Below are positions 5,432 through 8,237 of a stretch of DNA of 8,237 nt, one piece after another. Origin of the DNA: Candidatus Odinarchaeia archaeon. Its GTDB lineage: Archaea; Asgardarchaeota; Odinarchaeia; Odinarchaeales; Odinarchaeaceae. The number at the start of each line of letters is the position of its first letter. Position 1 is the stretch's first letter. Made by a program: the position numbers and the translations under genes. The notes under the pieces are model-generated. The model saw only the letters and a program-made list of their open reading frames with translations. It made no database searches and had not been told where the DNA came from. The stretch is taken from positions 1 to 8,237 of the forward strand of contig JAHQXC010000059.1 of NCBI GenBank assembly GCA_029856525.1, read 5' to 3'.

Positions 5432-6532
5432 TTGAAGATTTTATTTTTCGATGAGAAAAAATCTAGGATGAAAATTAAAGTAGAATCTTTAGATGATTTA
5501 TGGACTCTTTACAATATTATCTCGAAAGATGATGTTGTTTACAGTAAAACCTTTAGGAGGGTTAAACAGAGCGAGGAGGCTATACGAGCTGATAAAGGTG
5601 AGCGTATCCCAGTATACTTAGGAATCAAGGTTGAAGAGACTTCTTTCCAAGGTTTCACTGATCGTCTTAGAATTAAAGGCCGTATAATCAGCGGACCTGA
5701 GGATTTAGTAAGTTTAGGTTCCTTTCACACTTTTAACGTGGAGCCGGATAGTCAAATAGAGATAGTTAAAGATAAATGGTCTAGGATCGATATTAAAAGA
5801 ATCGAGGATGCTTTAAAATCAACTTCAGCGCCTATTATAATTTTATGCGCGGTTGACAGTAATGAAGCGACTATTGCTTTAATGAGTAATTTTCAAACGA
5901 AGATTATCACGCGTATAACCGAGAATATTCCCGGTAAAAGATTATCTGATAGAGAGAACGCGGAGGCTTGCCAGCGTTTTTACGCATCTATTTTAAATGT
6001 GTTTGAGACTTTAATGTCAGCGAACAAAGTCGACTATGTGATTATCGCTGGGCCCGGTTTCGTTAAAGACTATCTTAGAGATTATATTCTTCACAGGAAG
6101 CCTGAGTTAAAGAATATGATTATCACAGATACTGTGAGTAGCGGGGATGTAACCGGTATCAACGAGATAATTAGGAGAGGAGCAGCCATATCAGTTTTAT
6201 CTAAGCTACGTGTAATAGAGCACTCTAATATAATAGAAGATGTTTTAAGACGGTTAGCTAAGAATACCGGTGATGTAGCTTACGGATTCAAGGATGTGAA
6301 GGAGGCTGCTGAGCGAGGTGCTGTTCAAACGCTGATAGTCATCGATGAACTAGTAAGAAGCTGGGATGAAACAGAGCGGAATAATGTCCACAATCTTATT
6401 GAGACTGTTGAAAATACAGGTGGCGTTATTAAAATTTTCAGTGTTCAAACCCCTCCAGGTGAACAATTAAAAGGTTTAGGCGGTGTAGCCGCTTTACTTC
6501 GTTTTAATCCGTTTAAAGATAATAGGACATGA
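5432..6532 (+). CDS. pelA: Pelota (aPelota/Dom34) ribosome-rescue and mRNA surveillance factor
   Basis: ESLDDLW.LYNII, T.RRV, RLRIKGRI, GSFHT..V, PGK, IAGPGF, VAYG..DV and LGGVAALLRF. TTG start with AGGTG SD at 5422-5426 overlapping the upstream stop. Confidence 0.96.
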   Translation: MKILFFDEKKSRMKIKVESLDDLWTLYNIISKDDVVYSKTFRRVKQSEEAIRADKGERIPVYLGIKVEETSFQGFTDRLRIKGRIISGPEDLVSLGSFHTFNVEPDSQIEIVKDKWSRIDIKRIEDALKSTSAPIIILCAVDSNEATIALMSNFQTKIITRITENIPGKRLSDRENAEACQRFYASILNVFETLMSANKVDYVIIAGPGFVKDYLRDYILHRKPELKNMIITDTVSSGDVTGINEIIRRGAAISVLSKLRVIEHSNIIEDVLRRLAKNTGDVAYGFKDVKEAAERGAVQTLIVIDELVRSWDETERNNVHNLIETVENTGGVIKIFSVQTPPGEQLKGLGGVAALLRFNPFKDNRT

Positions 6533-7595
6533 CTATGAATCTGTCATCTGTAGGGTATGATTTAACTATACCTGTTTTAATTTGAAATTTCTCAAGTTCG
6601 TTTTTAAGCTCTTCGACAATATACCAGGCGGTGTAAATCTCTCTTTTACTCCGGTTAACTTCTAGCATATTTTCAGGGACCTCGTATTCTTCAATTAGCA
6701 TATGCTTTACTTCATCGATTTCGTGATGTTCGTTTATTTGAATAAAACCTCTAATCAACAACCCTTCTTCATCCACTTCTTCATATAATTTCTTCACGTT
6801 TCTGGCGCGTCTTAGAAACCTGTTTTTAAGTTGGACGCCGTCTTTAATCCAGGTTGGACAGTAGTGGACTGATATTTTTTCAGTATTTCTACGACTCCAC
6901 TCCAGGATTTTTAAAGCAGTCTCCTCACTTCCTTCAACCGCTGCCACAGAATCTTTTTTAAGGTTTAACCCTCTTTTTTTAAGTTCGGTAGCGTTTGTTT
7001 CAGAAAATTCAAGTTCATTTATGTTAATGAAGTTAACTCCGGCTTCATCTAGAAGTGAGATTAATTTTTTAGTCTTCTCTTCTTCACCCGGAATAGATGG
7101 GATCTCGCATCCTATATTCACAGTTGATCCTTGAAATAATTTTATTTTATCCTTGAAGGCGCCTATAGGGTGAAATCTTATCTCGTCGAGGCCGCTTTTG
7201 ATAAGATCATCCGCTCGTTCACGGTTTAAATTATATCCTGTAGTATAAAGATGTATGTGGAATTTTGAACCGAAGCCTTCTTTCAAAAGCTTAATATATT
7301 TTAATGTAAGTTCGAATTCGAGGAGGGGATCTCCACCGGTTAATCCAGCTCCTTCAGCCTCTATAAGACGGGCTTCTCTCAGTATAGTTTCATCAGATTT
7401 AATTTCCAACTCGTCCACGTAGGGTATGTCACTGTTTTTTCTATTATCTGAAAGCGGGCAATAATAGCATTTAGCGAAGCATCTGCCTGTTACGAAAATC
7501 ACGATTTTAGAACCTTTCATGCAGTATTCGCATCCCTTTGGAAGGGAGCGGAGATAATATGAGCCGCCTATGCTTCGTTTAATATTATCTTTCAT
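6513..7595 (-). CDS. Archaeal radical SAM protein of unknown function (COG2108-like)
   Basis: LPKGCEYC..GSK...FVTG, CxxxCxxC (CFAKCYYC), GAGLTGGDPL, HIHLYT, LDEIRFHP, NINELEFSETN and VHYC. The start overlaps the upstream stop (ATGA, 7592-7595). Confidence 0.88.
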   Translation of the reverse strand: MKDNIKRSIGGSYYLRSLPKGCEYCMKGSKIVIFVTGRCFAKCYYCPLSDNRKNSDIPYVDELEIKSDETILREARLIEAEGAGLTGGDPLLEFELTLKYIKLLKEGFGSKFHIHLYTTGYNLNRERADDLIKSGLDEIRFHPIGAFKDKIKLFQGSTVNIGCEIPSIPGEEEKTKKLISLLDEAGVNFININELEFSETNATELKKRGLNLKKDSVAAVEGSEETALKILEWSRRNTEKISVHYCPTWIKDGVQLKNRFLRRARNVKKLYEEVDEEGLLIRGFIQINEHHEIDEVKHMLIEEYEVPENMLEVNRSKREIYTAWYIVEELKNELEKFQIKTGIVKSYPTDDRFIVMSYYL

Positions 7596-8237
7596 ATCCC
7601 ATCATCTAGGAATCTGCGTCTGACAGCCGGGTTTTCGTCAGCTATCTGTTTAAGAACCTCTTCAAATCCCTCGTCTGGGGCTAGCGTTCTGTTTAAAAAT
7701 ATCCCTGTTCGCCCGTAATGATCTCTTTTTAACAATACTGTTATCCTCTCTCTTATTATTGACGGTTCAACGTTAAGAATTTTACGCGCCCGCTCCTCTT
7801 GGTTGACGATCGGGAACTCTATATGCCCTTTATCCGTCGGCTGGATTAGCAATAATTTCTTATTAACACCGGGAACCCGTTTATTCGCTTCTAATTCCTG
7901 CAATGTGATTAATCCACCGAACTTATAGAATTCATATTCGCGATTACTATACCTTGCTAGAGGGAATGTGATAGTCGTCGACTCGTCTAAATGGATGTGG
8001 CCTTTTATACTATGGTTCGGGGTCGCTTGGATTATTTGCTTACTGTATACGCTGTAATTCTCTTGAATGATTAACTCTATTTTGTAGGATGGTATTCTTT
8101 GAAGTATAACGATGTCTATATCACTTTTAGGTTTAACATCTCCTCTAGCTAGACTACCGTGGATGAAAGACTCTATGTTATATGCTTTAAGCAATTCTAC
8201 TATTTTTCCAGCCTTCTCCCTAAGCTTGTAAAGTAGC
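7592..8237 (-). CDS. Pol-beta-superfamily nucleotidyltransferase (COG2413-like), 5'-partial
   Basis: HGSLARGDV...SDIDIV (hGS...DxD), QATP, REYEFY.FGG, RVPGVNKKL and R.R....RD..GRTG.FL. The frame stays open past the TTG at 8194 to the window edge (LLYKLREKAGKIVELLKAY), so the real start is probably outside the window. Confidence 0.85.
   Translation of the reverse strand, partial: LLYKLREKAGKIVELLKAYNIESFIHGSLARGDVKPKSDIDIVILQRIPSYKIELIIQENYSVYSKQIIQATPNHSIKGHIHLDESTTITFPLARYSNREYEFYKFGGLITLQELEANKRVPGVNKKLLLIQPTDKGHIEFPIVNQEERARKILNVEPSIIRERITVLLKRDHYGRTGIFLNRTLAPDEGFEEVLKQIADENPAVRRRFLDDGI

Noticed and set aside
8192-8194. TTG start at 8194 for the nucleotidyltransferase
   Set aside because: The frame remains open to the window edge with family-like helix sequence (LLYKLREKA), so the gene is 5'-truncated by the window.

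Overview
An 8.2-kb, AT-rich, very compact stretch of archaeal chromosome. The archaeal origin rests on GGTGA/GGTGG-type ribosome-binding sites and archaea-specific gene families; the exact lineage cannot be fixed from the sequence alone. Most of the window is housekeeping. On the + strand are the 3' end of an AMA/COG1223-type AAA+ ATPase, a UPF0200 P-loop kinase-like gene and a UPF0201 gene. On the - strand is a prs-trm11(trmG10)-rnz operon. Diverging from it are a Mer-like F420-dependent reductase and pelota (+), converging on a COG2413-like nucleotidyltransferase and a COG2108-like radical SAM gene (-). The most unusual part is the 378-bp gap between prs and the mer-like gene (3987-4364). 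On the - strand it carries a transposase-less, nuclease-less remnant of an IS200/IS605 (tnpB) element: the right end ending ...GGGTAGTTCAC, a ~94-nt reRNA/omegaRNA-like scaffold that still encodes the typical archaeal TnpB C-terminal tail, a BRE-TATA promoter spaced to fire at the scaffold's 5' edge, and upstream hairpins that may be the left end. Several stems carry mismatches, so it may be a decaying relic, an orphan guide-RNA locus, or an exapted promoter/leader for prs. Other oddities are the UPF0200 and UPF0201 genes in one frame split by a single TAA with a possible ACG start, a C-terminal HbYX proteasome-docking motif on the AAA ATPase, and an altered substrate-binding motif in the Mer paralogue. 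All family assignments come from motif recognition by eye; no database searches were run.
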